Shown here: in pieces, positions 53,185 to 60,217 of the stretch
Position numbering within the stretch: the first letter of the stretch is position 1
How the letters are laid out: every line of letters starts with the position of its first letter
NCBI GenBank assembly: GCA_951406725.2
Contig: OX597815.1
Location: 117,180,001-117,244,000 of the forward strand
Reading direction: 5' to 3'
Source of the DNA: Octopus vulgaris
Taxonomy: Eukaryota
Length of the DNA stretch: 64,000 bases
Notes under the pieces: generated by a model
The model's input: the letters and a program-made list of their open reading frames with translations, nothing else
What the model was told of the DNA's origin: nothing
Databases searched by the model: none
Made by a program: the position numbers and the translations under genes

Positions 53185-56100
53185 CATAGATTTGTACGAG
53201 GAGGTACTGAAAAGTTCCTCGCTTTGGGTAAAAGAAGATACAGGAGAATCAGTTAATTATGATTTTATTCAACATATTCTCCTCTCAGATTCACACACAC
53301 TTATTGCAGTGCTCCTGTAAAAGAGCTCAGAAGGTTGGGCCTCCAGTCGGGCCTTTCATGATATCCTTAAGGCCAAGAACTTTACAGCACTCCCTTGTAT
53401 ATATGTATGTATGTATGTGTACCACACACATTCATTTTCACACATAAACAAAACCATATACGCATATATACACATGTCAAGTATTTATAGGGTAACAAAA
53501 ATGATTCTAGAAGTGCTATTACCAGCTTGTATATTATCTTATTCGGAAAGTATTCATAAAATTGCCAGAAATGCCATTGACCAATTTGTCTTTGAGAAAA
53601 AGATTAGACTATATTGAGATAGACTAAAGATTAAAGTTCAGAGGTTATTTATGTTTTACTTGACATTTGGGCTGTTTTGTGTAAATAATGAGAACAACTA
53701 TATTTTGTTAGAGATCGTTAAGTTTATGTCTACTAGTTGAAATGTTAGTAATATCAGATCAACTACAAATTTATTTGTTTATTTCATTATCCATACTGTT
53801 TTAAAGGTATTAAATTTAATATTTCAAAATCTATTTAATTTTGCAATGAAGGAATTTTTGTACTAATGGTCTTAAAGTTAAAATACATTAAAAGATTATA
53901 ATTTCAGCTCTAATAATGCCAGGTATCGTTCACTCTCTGATTTAAGCATAAATTTCTACTTTGTAAAAACTTAGCCTTTTGGAATGTTCTTTCAATGTGA
54001 GAGTAAATGTATTTACTTATATTGAAATTATCAATATGTTGTATGGTGTTATCTGTAATTGTTGACTCATCTTTTTTGTTGAGCCCATATCATGATAGTA
54101 GTAATTCTGTTATCTGTAACAAAGTATATTTCTAGAAGAAATTGTGACTTATGTTGCATCAGACTGCTGAATTATTCTTACACTAATCCAAATCACTATT
54201 CTTTAATTGTGGCTCACATCTGTCTTTAAAATGTATTTTTAACCTGCAGAATATATAGCTTTCTTATTTTGTTACTTATTTTAGGCTTTTTTCTTTTCTA
54301 TGAAAATTTCTCTCTTATAATGTTCATTTGATATTTGTGTTCTGATTAATGTAAAAATGTATCTTGAAAGTTTAGTTGATCTCTCTTATCAAGCTGAAAT
54401 TAAAAAAAGAAATTGATTTCAGGTTAACAATAAGTGAACTGCAAAGCGAGAAAAATGAACTTTTCAAAGAAGTGAAACTTCTACAACAAAAGCTCCATGG
54501 GGAAGTACCAAAAGTAAGTAAAATATTCCCAGTCTTCTATGAAAAACATGTTTGGGGCATGGGAAATATTAGCTTGCTTGGAAAAAGATGAGGGTTTGTG
54601 ACAGGAAGGGCAGCTGGCTGTTGAAAATCTGCCTCAAATTCCATCTGATCCAGCAAACATGCAAAAGTGGATGCTAAAAATGGTGATAATCATTATGATG
54701 ATACATTGTCTATTTATTGTTTCAGATGACTGAAGACATGTTACAGAAAGCTAGAAGCTATGATTCTTTAATATCTAAAAACACAGAGCTTACAGTACAA
54801 CTGAAAACATTGAAACTTGAAAAAGATAAACAATCCTCAGAAATTTTCCAGGTAAGATATTCTTTTATTCTTTTACTTGTTTCAGCCATTTGATTGCGAC
54901 CATGCTGGAGCACTGTCTTTAGTCAAACAATTTGACTTCAGGACTTATTCTTTGTAAGCCTAGTACTTATTCTATTGGTCTCTTTTGCTGAACCGCTAAG
55001 TTACAGGAATGTAAACACAACATAGGTTGTCAAGCAATGGTGGGAGGACAAACACAGACATGCAAGCACAACATAGGTTGTCAAGCAATGGTGGGAGGAC
55101 AAACACAGACATGCAAGCACACACACGACGGGCTTCTTTCAATTTCCATCTACCAAATCCACTCACGAGGCTTTAGTCGGCCCGAGGCTGTAGTAGGAGA
55201 CACTTGCCCAAAGTGCCACACAGTGGGACTGAACCTGGAACCATGTGGTTGGGAAGCAAGCTTCTTACCTCACAGCCATTCCTATGCCTCATAAAAAAAC
55301 CCTAATAGAATGGTGTTTCGAAACTGTAAGATCAAAGATTTTCAATTTATGCTTCCCTTGGTCATTAAAATTGCCAAATTATAATTGTTCACAATGAATC
55401 AGTCATTTGATACTTTCTGTCATTGAATTGCGAGCTGGCAGAATTGCTATCATGTCAGACAATATGCTTACTGACATTTCTTCTCGTACTTTATGCTCTG
55501 AGTTCAAATATGGCCAAGATCAACTTTGACTTTCATCCTGTTGGAGTTGATAAAATAAACAGCAGGGGGATCTAGGATTTTTTTTGGGGGGTGTTGCTCA
55601 AAAGTTTCTGAAAAAATACTATATATGGTGGGAATTCATAACAAATGGGACACATTTTTATGTATTCTTTGTTGTAGCAGACCATAAGCATATGAAACAG
55701 TAATGCTGTGAAACTGCCGGAAATAAAATAACAATGTTATTATTTTTGTAACAGTGCAGCTAGAAAGGATGTTGCCCGGGCAACTAGGGCAACACCCCTG
55801 TATCCACCACTGATAAGTACCAGCTGAGCATTGGGGTCAGTGTCATTGACTTCTCTTTCCCCTAAAATTGCTGGCCTTGTGCCAAAGTTTAAAACCATTA
55901 TTATGATTAAGTAGTGAACTAACAGAGTCATTAACACTTTAGACAAAGTGCTAAGTGGCATTTCTTTCATCTCTTTATAGTCTGATTCAAGCATGGCCAA
56001 GTTCAACTTTATTTTTCCTCCTGTTGGGGTCAATAAAATAACTACCAACCAAATACTGGGACCAATGGCATTGACTCACTCCCTTCCTTAAATTTCAGGC

Positions 56101-56606
56101 CTTGCACCTATATTTGAAATGATTATTAACATGGTCATAATTATTATGATAATGTCACTGATCAATTCTGAACAGTAAAGTTGTATATTAATAATTCTCA
56201 GATAAATTTCTAATTATATATATTTTAATCAGCTTGTTATAAAGTAGTCTTTAATAATTTTTTATTGAACTTAATTCTTAATTTGATGGTGCTTTGTAAA
56301 GAAAAGCATAGTATTTAATATAATATATAATTAAATATTATAATATATGATTTAACCCAGCCTATGTATGGATAGAAAAATAGGCATAAAACAAATGATC
56401 AATGGAAAAAATGATTAATGTGAGTATTAAAGTGAAAGTAAGTAATGCTGCATCTATTTATATAATCTGTTACATGTGACTTGTTATCATTACAGCTAAA
56501 AGATGAACTGAAGAATTTTAGACCAGAATTCTTTGAAGAGATTGAAGATTTGAAGTACAATTATAGAGAAGCTATGAAAAAACTTGCACTTTATGAAAAT
56601 AAATGA
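1575..56606 (+). CDS. CEP290: CEP290 (centrosomal protein 290 kDa) orthologue, 3' portion; 26 exons, 5' part lies upstream of the window
   Basis: Manually spliced GT-AG exons with consistent phases total 3749 nt (2 nt + 1249 codons including stop). The coiled-coil product matches recalled human CEP290 motifs in colinear order: GKLHRQIVQLQVSE, RQYAGAIPLSKQEKF, WEEKKKWE, KDVPRLK, SGKSPKELEK, FFEEIEDLKYNY. Confidence 0.95.
1990..2317 (-). mobile_element. tRNA-derived SINE with CORE-like domain (octopus OR/OK-like family)
   Basis: Same family as 10502-10890, 23437-23843, 45314-45680 and 54868-55288; tRNA-like head, caccttgggcaagtg motif, internal CA/TA microsatellite. Confidence 0.75.
2400..2800 (-). 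mobile_element. Decayed R4/Dong-like (restriction-like endonuclease) non-LTR retrotransposon 3' relic
   Basis: Minus-strand peptide ENLLYDMKEQYDNMI...RVQDKEESTRYQELAGEIE resembles the R4-clade ILWD..IQ.D..I and RV..KE.EK..KY..LA.EI motifs. Confidence 0.45.
3040..3299 (+). mobile_element. 5'-truncated copy of the RTE LINE 3'UTR with (GAT)n tail
   Basis: Homologous to 13250-13581. Confidence 0.88.
4060..4430 (+). mobile_element. 5'-truncated copy of the RTE LINE 3'UTR with (GAT)n tail
   Basis: Homologous to 13160-13581. Confidence 0.88.
4591..4704 (+). CDS. CEP290: CEP290 exon, EVHRQYAGAIPLSKQEKF...ELVE
   Basis: tttcag / gtgacc; 114 nt; resembles human RRQFSGALPLAQQEKF. Confidence 0.92.
5225..5386 (+). 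mobile_element. CR1-like LINE 3'UTR fragment with (ATT)n tail
   Basis: Homologous to 61493-61656. Confidence 0.8.
5387..5945. repeat. Unclassified GC-richer insertion flanked by (ATT)n tracts
   Basis: Composition shift between two ATT microsatellites; single copy in the window, so repeat status is inferred. Confidence 0.4.
5981..6192 (+). mobile_element. tRNA-derived SINE with conserved central domain (gactttgcctttcatcctttcggggtcgataaa-type)
   Basis: A/B-box-like head; further copies near 8040, 9053, 19829, 21841, 25830(-), 38950(-), 43535(-), 50471, 55430, 58765(-) and 62140(-). Confidence 0.8.
8553..8776. mobile_element. piggyBac-like TTAA MITE
   Basis: ttaa-gcctttcgttac ... gtatcaaaaggg-ttaa; same family as 28147-28585, in opposite orientation. 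Confidence 0.65.
8821..8880. repeat. 15-bp minisatellite (CAGATACATACACAT)x4
   Basis: Four perfect tandem units. Confidence 0.95.
9751..9951 (+). CDS. CEP290: CEP290 exon, VKEQRR...WHSKMETLRL...LQEQ
   Basis: tacag / gtaata; 201 nt; resembles human WHMKIEELRL. Confidence 0.92.
10502..10890 (-). mobile_element. CORE-like tRNA SINE
   Basis: Near full-length copy of the family at 23437-23843. Confidence 0.8.
11185..13581 (+). mobile_element. 5'-truncated RTE-clade LINE: RT, PHD finger, structured 3'UTR and (GAT)n tail; disabled
   Basis: RT motifs NYRGIKLL, QFGF, FVDMEKAFD, GVHQGSVLSP, YADD; RTE-type C-terminus LHGSETW and RRLRWYGHV; frameshifts near 12251 and 12460; CGA>TGA at 12920 (the copy at 960 has CGA); natural stop at 13004-13006. 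Confidence 0.93.
13616..13804 (+). CDS. CEP290: CEP290 exon, ISLYEK...DWEFREQELER...ATAQ
   Basis: tttag / gtaagt; 189 nt; resembles human AWDQREVDLER; absent from the ORF track. Confidence 0.92.
14300..14860 (-). mobile_element. Decayed RTE-like LINE RT fragment from a different family
   Basis: Peptide WTDLFEDEKPE...GPKNLKSEVEHTIKITRKGKTPGPD resembles the RT N-terminal EV..AI...K.GKAPGPD motif. Confidence 0.65.
15012..15146 (+). CDS. CEP290: CEP290 exon, FNKNFGKLPDTSQPVAVQLE...VLKK
   Basis: ttttag / gtaaga; 135 nt; resembles human GSIPDPSLPLPNQLE. Confidence 0.9.
17406..17630 (+). CDS. CEP290: CEP290 exon, RVEQL...KDKLIAEIRLQMPAT...SSLK
   Basis: tttag / gttagc; 225 nt; resembles human RDKVINELRLRLPAT. 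Confidence 0.92.
17813..18031 (+). CDS. CEP290: CEP290 exon, ARIQLKEE...FKKQ
   Basis: tttag / gtaaat; 219 nt. Confidence 0.92.
18255..18712 (+). mobile_element. RTE LINE 3'UTR copy with about 5 diverged repeat units
   Basis: Repeated gtgctggtggcacgtaaaa units followed by the conserved terminal segment. Confidence 0.85.
19245..19399 (+). CDS. CEP290: CEP290 exon, MIHMSALEDLIAERD...AKE
   Basis: ttcag / gtgcgt; ends in phase 2, matching the next exon. Confidence 0.88.
19829..20040 (+). mobile_element. tRNA-derived SINE (central-domain family)
   Basis: Full-length copy, as at 5981. Confidence 0.8.
21420..21633 (+). CDS. CEP290: CEP290 exon, LLRKH...KEANSRA...NQIQ
   Basis: tgtag / gttaga; KEANSRA identical to the recalled human motif. 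Confidence 0.92.
21841..22055 (+). mobile_element. tRNA-derived SINE (central-domain family)
   Basis: Full-length copy, as at 5981 and 19829. Confidence 0.8.
22767..22904 (+). CDS. CEP290: CEP290 exon, ALNKALSKIRTDL...ENLS
   Basis: gttag / gtgagt; 138 nt. Confidence 0.9.
23437..23843 (-). mobile_element. CORE-like tRNA SINE, well preserved
   Basis: Minus-strand head ggcacaggagtggctgtgtggtaag...gggttcagtccc; internal (TA)n. Confidence 0.85.
23916..24030 (+). CDS. CEP290: CEP290 exon, SEIEEIRSQNEK...QEKL
   Basis: ttcag / gtaagg; ends in phase 1. Confidence 0.9.
24839..25226 (-). mobile_element. Non-autonomous Helitron
   Basis: Minus strand starts TCTCTCTATATATAAAG and ends with a GC hairpin (cccgagcaacgccagg) plus CTAG; inserted between A and T with no TSD. 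Confidence 0.88.
26161..26556 (-). mobile_element. RTE LINE 3'UTR copy with four near-identical 62-bp tandem units
   Basis: atgtgccacc recurs at 26331, 26393, 26455 and 26517; (CAT)n tail at the left end. Confidence 0.9.
26589..26695 (+). CDS. CEP290: CEP290 exon, (E)KKNSLIQKLK...ASSQ
   Basis: cacag / gtatct; phase-1 start is consistent with the previous exon. Confidence 0.88.
27671..27802 (+). CDS. CEP290: CEP290 exon, KLQESE...EKPK
   Basis: aatag / gtgata; 132 nt; tandem TAG-AAG acceptor. Confidence 0.86.
27895..28034 (+). CDS. CEP290: CEP290 exon, NVEIIKWEEKKKWEK...ALD
   Basis: gtag / gtattt; follows a 92-nt intron; resembles human IRWEEGKKWQ. Confidence 0.92.
28147..28585. mobile_element. 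piggyBac-like MITE with a second TTAA MITE (28270-28493) nested inside
   Basis: TTAA-CCCTTTTGATACC ... GGTAACAAAAGGG-TTAA; inner element TTAA-CCCTTTAGCATT ... AATGCTAAAGGC; inner family also at 34530-34746, 49293-49521 and 60277-60495. Confidence 0.8.
28757..28907 (+). CDS. CEP290: CEP290 exon, (R)SNREKE...QSEE
   Basis: ttacag / gttagt; phase-2 start is consistent. Confidence 0.88.
29134..29268 (+). CDS. CEP290: CEP290 exon, ISKLNRK...VEGK
   Basis: tacag / gtttgt; 135 nt open frame. Confidence 0.86.
30220..30585 (+). mobile_element. RTE LINE 3'UTR copy
   Basis: aaaatc repeats, three structured units and the terminal segment. Confidence 0.82.
30719..30859 (+). CDS. CEP290: CEP290 exon, DNINC...ENIEIHFEMEEAKKDVPRLK
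   Basis: tttcag / gtaaat; resembles human ENIELKFQLEQANKDLPRLK. Confidence 0.93.
30997..31305 (+). mobile_element. Young tRNA-derived SINE (head A, tail X) with 13-bp TSD
   Basis: A box tggcctagtgg, B box ggttcgaatc, (CAA)n tail; TSD agttagatgattt at 30984-30996 and 31306-31318. Confidence 0.92.
32132..32218 (+). CDS. CEP290: CEP290 exon, ARVDDLQTYIEAL...EVTK
   Basis: aaag acceptor / gtaaga; 87 nt. Confidence 0.86.
32268..32598 (+). mobile_element. RTE LINE 3'UTR copy
   Basis: Terminal segment plus (GAT)n. Confidence 0.82.
34356..34502 (+). CDS. CEP290: CEP290 exon, VGESGKSPKELEKIIALLKKVVDRVQSENEQLKK...LV
   Basis: tacag / gtgagt; resembles human SGKTIPELEKTIGLMKKVVEKVQRENEQLKK. Confidence 0.93.
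34855..35123 (+). mobile_element. Internal RTE LINE fragment (PHD region)
   Basis: Homologous to 12205-12470; lacks the extra T seen at about 12251. Confidence 0.85.
35943..36065 (+). CDS. CEP290: CEP290 exon, QKVRDLEKKLG...YEKLRKDLLK
   Basis: catcag / gtgagt; 123 nt. Confidence 0.9.
36867..37400. mobile_element. Tc1/mariner (pogo-type) MITE
   Basis: TIRs CCGTATTTGACAGCATATTAGACGCAC / GTGCGTCCTATATGCCGTCAAATACGG; TA duplication on both sides; internal copy of gcatattagacgca. Confidence 0.9.
38117..38296 (+). CDS. CEP290: CEP290 exon, ETDLKMKL...LENK
   Basis: ttgcag / gtaatg; 180 nt. Confidence 0.88.
39575..40020 (-). mobile_element. RTE LINE 3'UTR copy
   Basis: Reverse complement of the 18255-18712 type. 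Confidence 0.85.
40545..40637 (+). CDS. CEP290: CEP290 exon, RKTMADMKILLRESAEREQ...LRK
   Basis: tgtag / gtaaca; resembles human DLKQLVKEATEREQ. Confidence 0.9.
40815..41200 (+). mobile_element. Young tRNA-derived SINE (head A, tail Y) with 11-bp TSD
   Basis: A box tggcccagtgg, B box gtttcgattcc; TSD atttaattgct at 40803-40813 and 41201-41211. Confidence 0.92.
41850..42090 (-). mobile_element. Tigger/pogo transposase relic (N-terminal HTH-psq/CENP-B-like domain)
   Basis: YSLKEKIELIEKIHDGRSFEAVGHESSINESIIHSIYK with upstream stops. Confidence 0.7.
43251..43327 (+). CDS. CEP290: CEP290 exon, IHLLESIPNES...RKA
   Basis: ttccag / gtaagt; phase-2 end matches the exon at 54423; resembles human IKILKHVPEG. 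Confidence 0.85.
43780..44465 (-). mobile_element. RTE-BovB-like LINE 3' relic
   Basis: TKLMVVHAIVLSTLLYACETWTLY, RILNIHWEDHITNNEVL and LYGEL..G.RPRG motifs across frameshifts. Confidence 0.85.
44687..45042 (-). mobile_element. RTE LINE 3'UTR copy
   Basis: (CAT)n tail, terminal segment and repeat units. Confidence 0.8.
45082..45247. repeat. Imperfect long inverted repeat (fold-back) abutting (TA)n
   Basis: aattaagggtactatcaagcagtaccag...cagtcaaactgaccaaacca pairs with tggtttggtcagtttgactg...ctggtacttcttgctagtacccttaatt. Confidence 0.9.
45314..45680 (+). mobile_element. CORE-like tRNA SINE
   Basis: Plus-strand full-length copy of the 23437 family. Confidence 0.85.
47314..47349 (+). ncRNA. 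Degenerate minimal hammerhead-like motif in a (TA)n-tailed element
   Basis: CTTT-CTGTAGA-A-GAG(tgtagg)CTC-GAAA-TG-TA-AAAG; core has A6U, so probably inactive. Confidence 0.45.
47900..48260 (+). mobile_element. 3' end of a related RTE subfamily
   Basis: ORF-end-like segment joined to a short 3'UTR and the same terminal segment. Confidence 0.7.
48274..48500 (+). mobile_element. tRNA SINE (head B, tail X)
   Basis: tggcttagtggttagg head, cttgagcaaaaacacttcatttc body, cctgtgatggacc tail. Confidence 0.75.
50926..50967 (-). ncRNA. Second, antisense copy of the same hammerhead motif
   Basis: Reverse complement of 51056-51097. Confidence 0.7.
51056..51097 (+). ncRNA. Minimal type-I hammerhead ribozyme motif (U3-A8 variant)
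   Basis: Stem I TATTC/GAATA; core TTGACAA; stem II GTCA-cacaa-TGAC; GAAA; palindromic stem III AACCGGTT; predicted cleavage after U51092. Confidence 0.72.
51258..52850 (-). mobile_element. Non-autonomous Helitron (about 1.6 kb) with nested insertions
   Basis: Minus strand starts TCTGGATCTATAAAAGGC and ends with hairpin cccaggcaaggccggg plus CTAG; A|T insertion site. Confidence 0.78.
51400..51554. repeat. Inverted repeat of about 47 bp within a (TA)n-flanked insertion
   Basis: atcacaatcaaggaacggccataataggccattcacccactagaaata versus its reverse complement at 51508-51554 (1-nt indel). Confidence 0.9.
52851..52930. repeat. (TA)n microsatellite, about 40 units
   Basis: Seen directly; other TA tracts near 23650, 45045, 47439, 50798, 51655 and 53140. 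Confidence 0.95.
53195..53399. mobile_element. Mariner-like MITE
   Basis: Imperfect TIRs TACGAGGAGGTACTGAAAAGTTC / GAACTTTACAGCACTCCCTTGTA. Confidence 0.65.
54423..54513 (+). CDS. CEP290: CEP290 exon, (K)LTISELQSEKNEL...EVPK
   Basis: ttcag / gtaagt; follows an intron of about 11.1 kb. Confidence 0.88.
54726..54851 (+). CDS. CEP290: CEP290 exon, MTEDML...EIFQ
   Basis: ttcag / gtaaga; 126 nt. Confidence 0.88.
54868..55288 (-). mobile_element. CORE-like tRNA SINE with an internal 51-bp tandem duplication
   Basis: 55016-55066 is repeated at 55067-55117. Confidence 0.85.
55560..55812. mobile_element. MITE nested within a SINE (55430-55895)
   Basis: Degenerate TIRs CAGCAGGGGGATCTAGG / CCTGTATCCACCACTG interrupt the SINE at gataaaataa|...|ataagtaccag. 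Confidence 0.6.
56496..56606 (+). CDS. CEP290: CEP290 terminal coding exon, LKDELKNFRPEFFEEIEDLKYNY...ENK*
   Basis: tacag acceptor; matches human LKKELENFDPSFFEEIEDLKYNY; TGA at 56604-56606. Confidence 0.94.
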   Translation, partial: LKDELKNFRPEFFEEIEDLKYNYREAMKKLALYENK

Positions 56607-58344
56607 CAACAAGAGAAAAAGTAGTCCTTTGGTAACACTTTTCCCATAATTTTCTTCAATCACCACAGAGATTCACCCATCCATCTTTCCTTCTTATTTC
56701 ATTGTGGAATTATTTAAATATCTTAGAGGATCGATACCACTATAATAGTGGAGGAAGAAACTGAAAGGGGACAAAAGCTGGTGAGCTAGTAGATGTTCAT
56801 AAATGCAGGCTTACCTATCAAGTAAGCTAATTTTCCATGAGAGGAGGTATTCTAGTATGTGTGTATGATGATGTGCATCTCTCACAGCATTTCCCTTAAT
56901 CAATCTGCATCCTGTCAAATTCTCTGTATCATTTCTCTTCTATTAATGTTCCAGTAACTTGAAGGTATGTCCAGATACATCTTCACCATCTACTCTCTTT
57001 TTTCCATCTGGAGTAGCCATTATTTCCTCTGCAGTAAGACGTTCCTGTCTATCATACTTTAACCTCCCATCAACTGGTATAAAGCCATCTCCCTCAATAC
57101 TACACATCCCCAGTTAAAGGGTTTTGTGTTGCAAGTTACTTAGTGATCTCACTGGTGCTGGTATGTGTCACGAAAAAAGCACCCAGTACACTCTGTAAAG
57201 TGGTTGGCATCAGGAAGGGTACCCAGCCATAAAAACCAAGTTAAAGCAGACACTAAAGCATGGTGCAGTCTTCTGACTTACCAATTCCAGTCAAACCATC
57301 CAACCCATGCCAGCATGGAAAACAGACATTAAATGATGATGATATGCAACAGTTTTGTGTTTTGTAGTAGGTTATTAGTTACTCAGAGCTATTATTTATT
57401 GTTTTCTCTCTCAGAAACCAGAGTTCATTGTTTGTTGTGAGGCAATTTTGGTTGTGGAAAATAGCTAAGGTTTCCATTAAAAGTCATTTGACATTATTAA
57501 ATCTTCTAAGAGGATTATTTTGTATGGTTTTCATTTCTTTTCAATGTGGGTCACTGAATTTAACAATAGTAATCGATAACAAACATGTTAAGATAAATAT
57601 TTCATGTATTATGTGTAAAGTTATTCATATATTCTTTTTAGTGTGCTTCCTTATGGCAGCACCACCACTGATGTCTTCAAACAATTTGAAAAGCCAGATG
57701 ATAAGTGCAGCCGGAATGAGAAGATTGGGTGCAGCCTTATTATTTGGTATGGCTGACTGGACATTCAACCTGTTTTGACACTGGAGGCATGCACAAGAGT
57801 ATACAAAAATATGTACACACAGAGAGAAAGGGAGGGAGAGGGAAAGAGAGAAAGAGAGAGAGAGAGGGAGAGAGAGTACAATTTATTAACTGAACATCTT
57901 TGACATGAACATTTTCCCTCTCCTCATACACATAAAGAGAAATATATTTGCATAAATAAACAGAGAGAGAGAGAGAGAAAGAGACAGAAACATTAAAACA
58001 TCTAATGTCAAATAGGCCAGCATTGAATCAATAATGCCAAATAGGTGGCACCAAAATGCTGTGTCAAAGCATCTCATACCTGGCACAACAGTCATTGATT
58101 GCTGCTGTGCCTCTTTGTGTAGAGATGTTAAAGTGTGCAACAGGATTGTAGCACAGATTAAAGAACAGCATATCCAAGGTGCAAACTCTACTGCACTAAT
58201 TTCCAATCTTTTAAGGCACTAAAACTGTAATGGTACTCTGTCACCTTTAAAAGTTTTCCATACTAAGAAACCGGCATTAAAATTATTTAAAAATAGATGG
58301 GTGCTTGGACTTTGCCACATTGAAATTACTATACACTGATATTA

Positions 58345-58670
58345 ACTGGCACTTTGCTGGTTACTACAAGTGTTTCCATTGAGCTGATCTATGGAACAGC
58401 CTGCTTGTAAAAATTAACACGCAAGTAGCTGAGCACTCCACAAACATGCATTCCCTTAATGTAGTTCTCAGAGAGATTCTGTGTGATGCAGTGTGTGGCA
58501 TGGCTGGCCCTTTGAATTTACAAGTACAATTGTTTTTTGTCAGCTGAGTGAACTGGAGCTATATGAAATAAAGCATCTTGCTCAAAGGCACAATGTGTTG
58601 CTGGAAATTGAACTCACAACCTTATGATTGTGAGCTGAATACCGTAACCACTAAGCCCTGCACCTTCACA
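58345..58670 (-). mobile_element. tRNA SINE (head B, tail Y)
   Basis: Head as at 48274 and 59967; tail homologous to 41010-41199. Confidence 0.78.
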
Positions 58671-59964
58671 TACATTGGTATAGTGCTGTAAAAAAACACT
58701 CAAGTTTTTCTTCATATTGTGATCTTTTTGACTCACCTTTAAAACTAATATTAATCTTTTTTACTATAGGCACAAGGCCTGAAATTTGGGGAAGGGGGAT
58801 AGTCGATTACATCAACCCCAGTGTTTCACTGGTACTTAATTTATCAACCCCAAAAGGATGAAAGGTGAAGTTGACTTTGGTGGAATTTGAACTTAGAACA
58901 CAAAAATAGCTGAAATACTGCTAAGCATTTTGTCTGTCATGCTAACAACTCTACCAGCTCACTGACTTAATAATAATGATAATAATAATAATAATAACAA
59001 CTACAACAATAACAATAACAACAACATCAACAACAACAATCATTGTTGTTATCATCATCATCATCATCATTATCATTATGACCATTGTCTTCTTCTATCA
59101 GTGAAGTAACGACAAAGGTCAATTTAAGAGTAGCCTCGTTATTGTTGTTCTTATTAACTCCTACTCAACTCTGACTGAACAGTTGTTCTAGCCATGGCTA
59201 TCTTATTTTCTCTCAGGTATTGTATATCTAGAGCTACATTGTCTTTCCATTTTTAAGATGGTAGGGTATAATTTTGAAGGAAATTTAGCTGTTATTTCTA
59301 GCAGGTCGCATTATCATTTAATAGCTATCTTGGCTTGTGATTAGTCACTAATGTAGATATTTTCTGCTGTGTTAGCTTTTGTTAAAAAACTCTGTTAAAG
59401 CTACTCTTTAGATATAATTTATTGCAAAAATTACCCCTTTAATCATAATCATCATCATCATCATTTTAATGCCCAGAATTCACTTAGGTAGATTTTCTGC
59501 AGCTGGATGCTCTTCCTGTGTCTAATCTTCACCTGTTTTCAAGTAAGGTAATATTTCCCTATGGCCAAACATGTTTTGATGGCAGATTGGAAACAAGGGA
59601 TTCCACATATAAAACAATGATGCTCATTTATAACTGCCCCACTGATGTCCAAACAAGGAGACAAACACACACAAATATGGCAGGCCTGTTTTAGTTTCCA
59701 TATACTAAATCCACTTACAAGGCTTTACTTATTTACATATTTTAGCCTCTCAGCATCTCACATAAAACCAGCTCCCTCTTTCAGATAATTCCCATCCCAA
59801 TAACTAGTTGTTAGGGGCAAGTTATTTGATGATGTCACGCGTGCCAGTGGCATGAAAAGTGCACCCAGTGCGCACAGTTAAGTAGTTGGTGTTAAGAAAG
59901 GCATCCAGCTGTAGAAATCATGCCAAAGCTGACACTGGAGCTTGAGACAACCCTGCGGCTTGCC

Positions 59965-60217
59965 TACTGAAGGTGCGTGGCTTAGTGGTTAGGGTGTTGG
60001 AATTATGATCTTAAGATTGTGGTTTCGATTCCTGGACTAGGCAGCACATTGTGTTCTTGAGCAAAACACTTCATTTCACGTTGCTCCAGTCCACTCAGCT
60101 GGCAAAAATAAGTAATTCTGTGATGGAGTGGCATCCTATCCAGATGGAGAATTTATATGTTATGAAACTGGGAAACCAGCCCTTTGTGAGTCGGCAAGGC
60201 TTGAAAAAGTAACTTTA
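59965..60217 (+). mobile_element. tRNA SINE (head B, tail X) inserted into a LINE 3'UTR copy (59840-60265)
   Basis: TSD cttgcc at 59959-59964 and 60218-60223; host terminal segment resumes afterwards. Confidence 0.82.
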
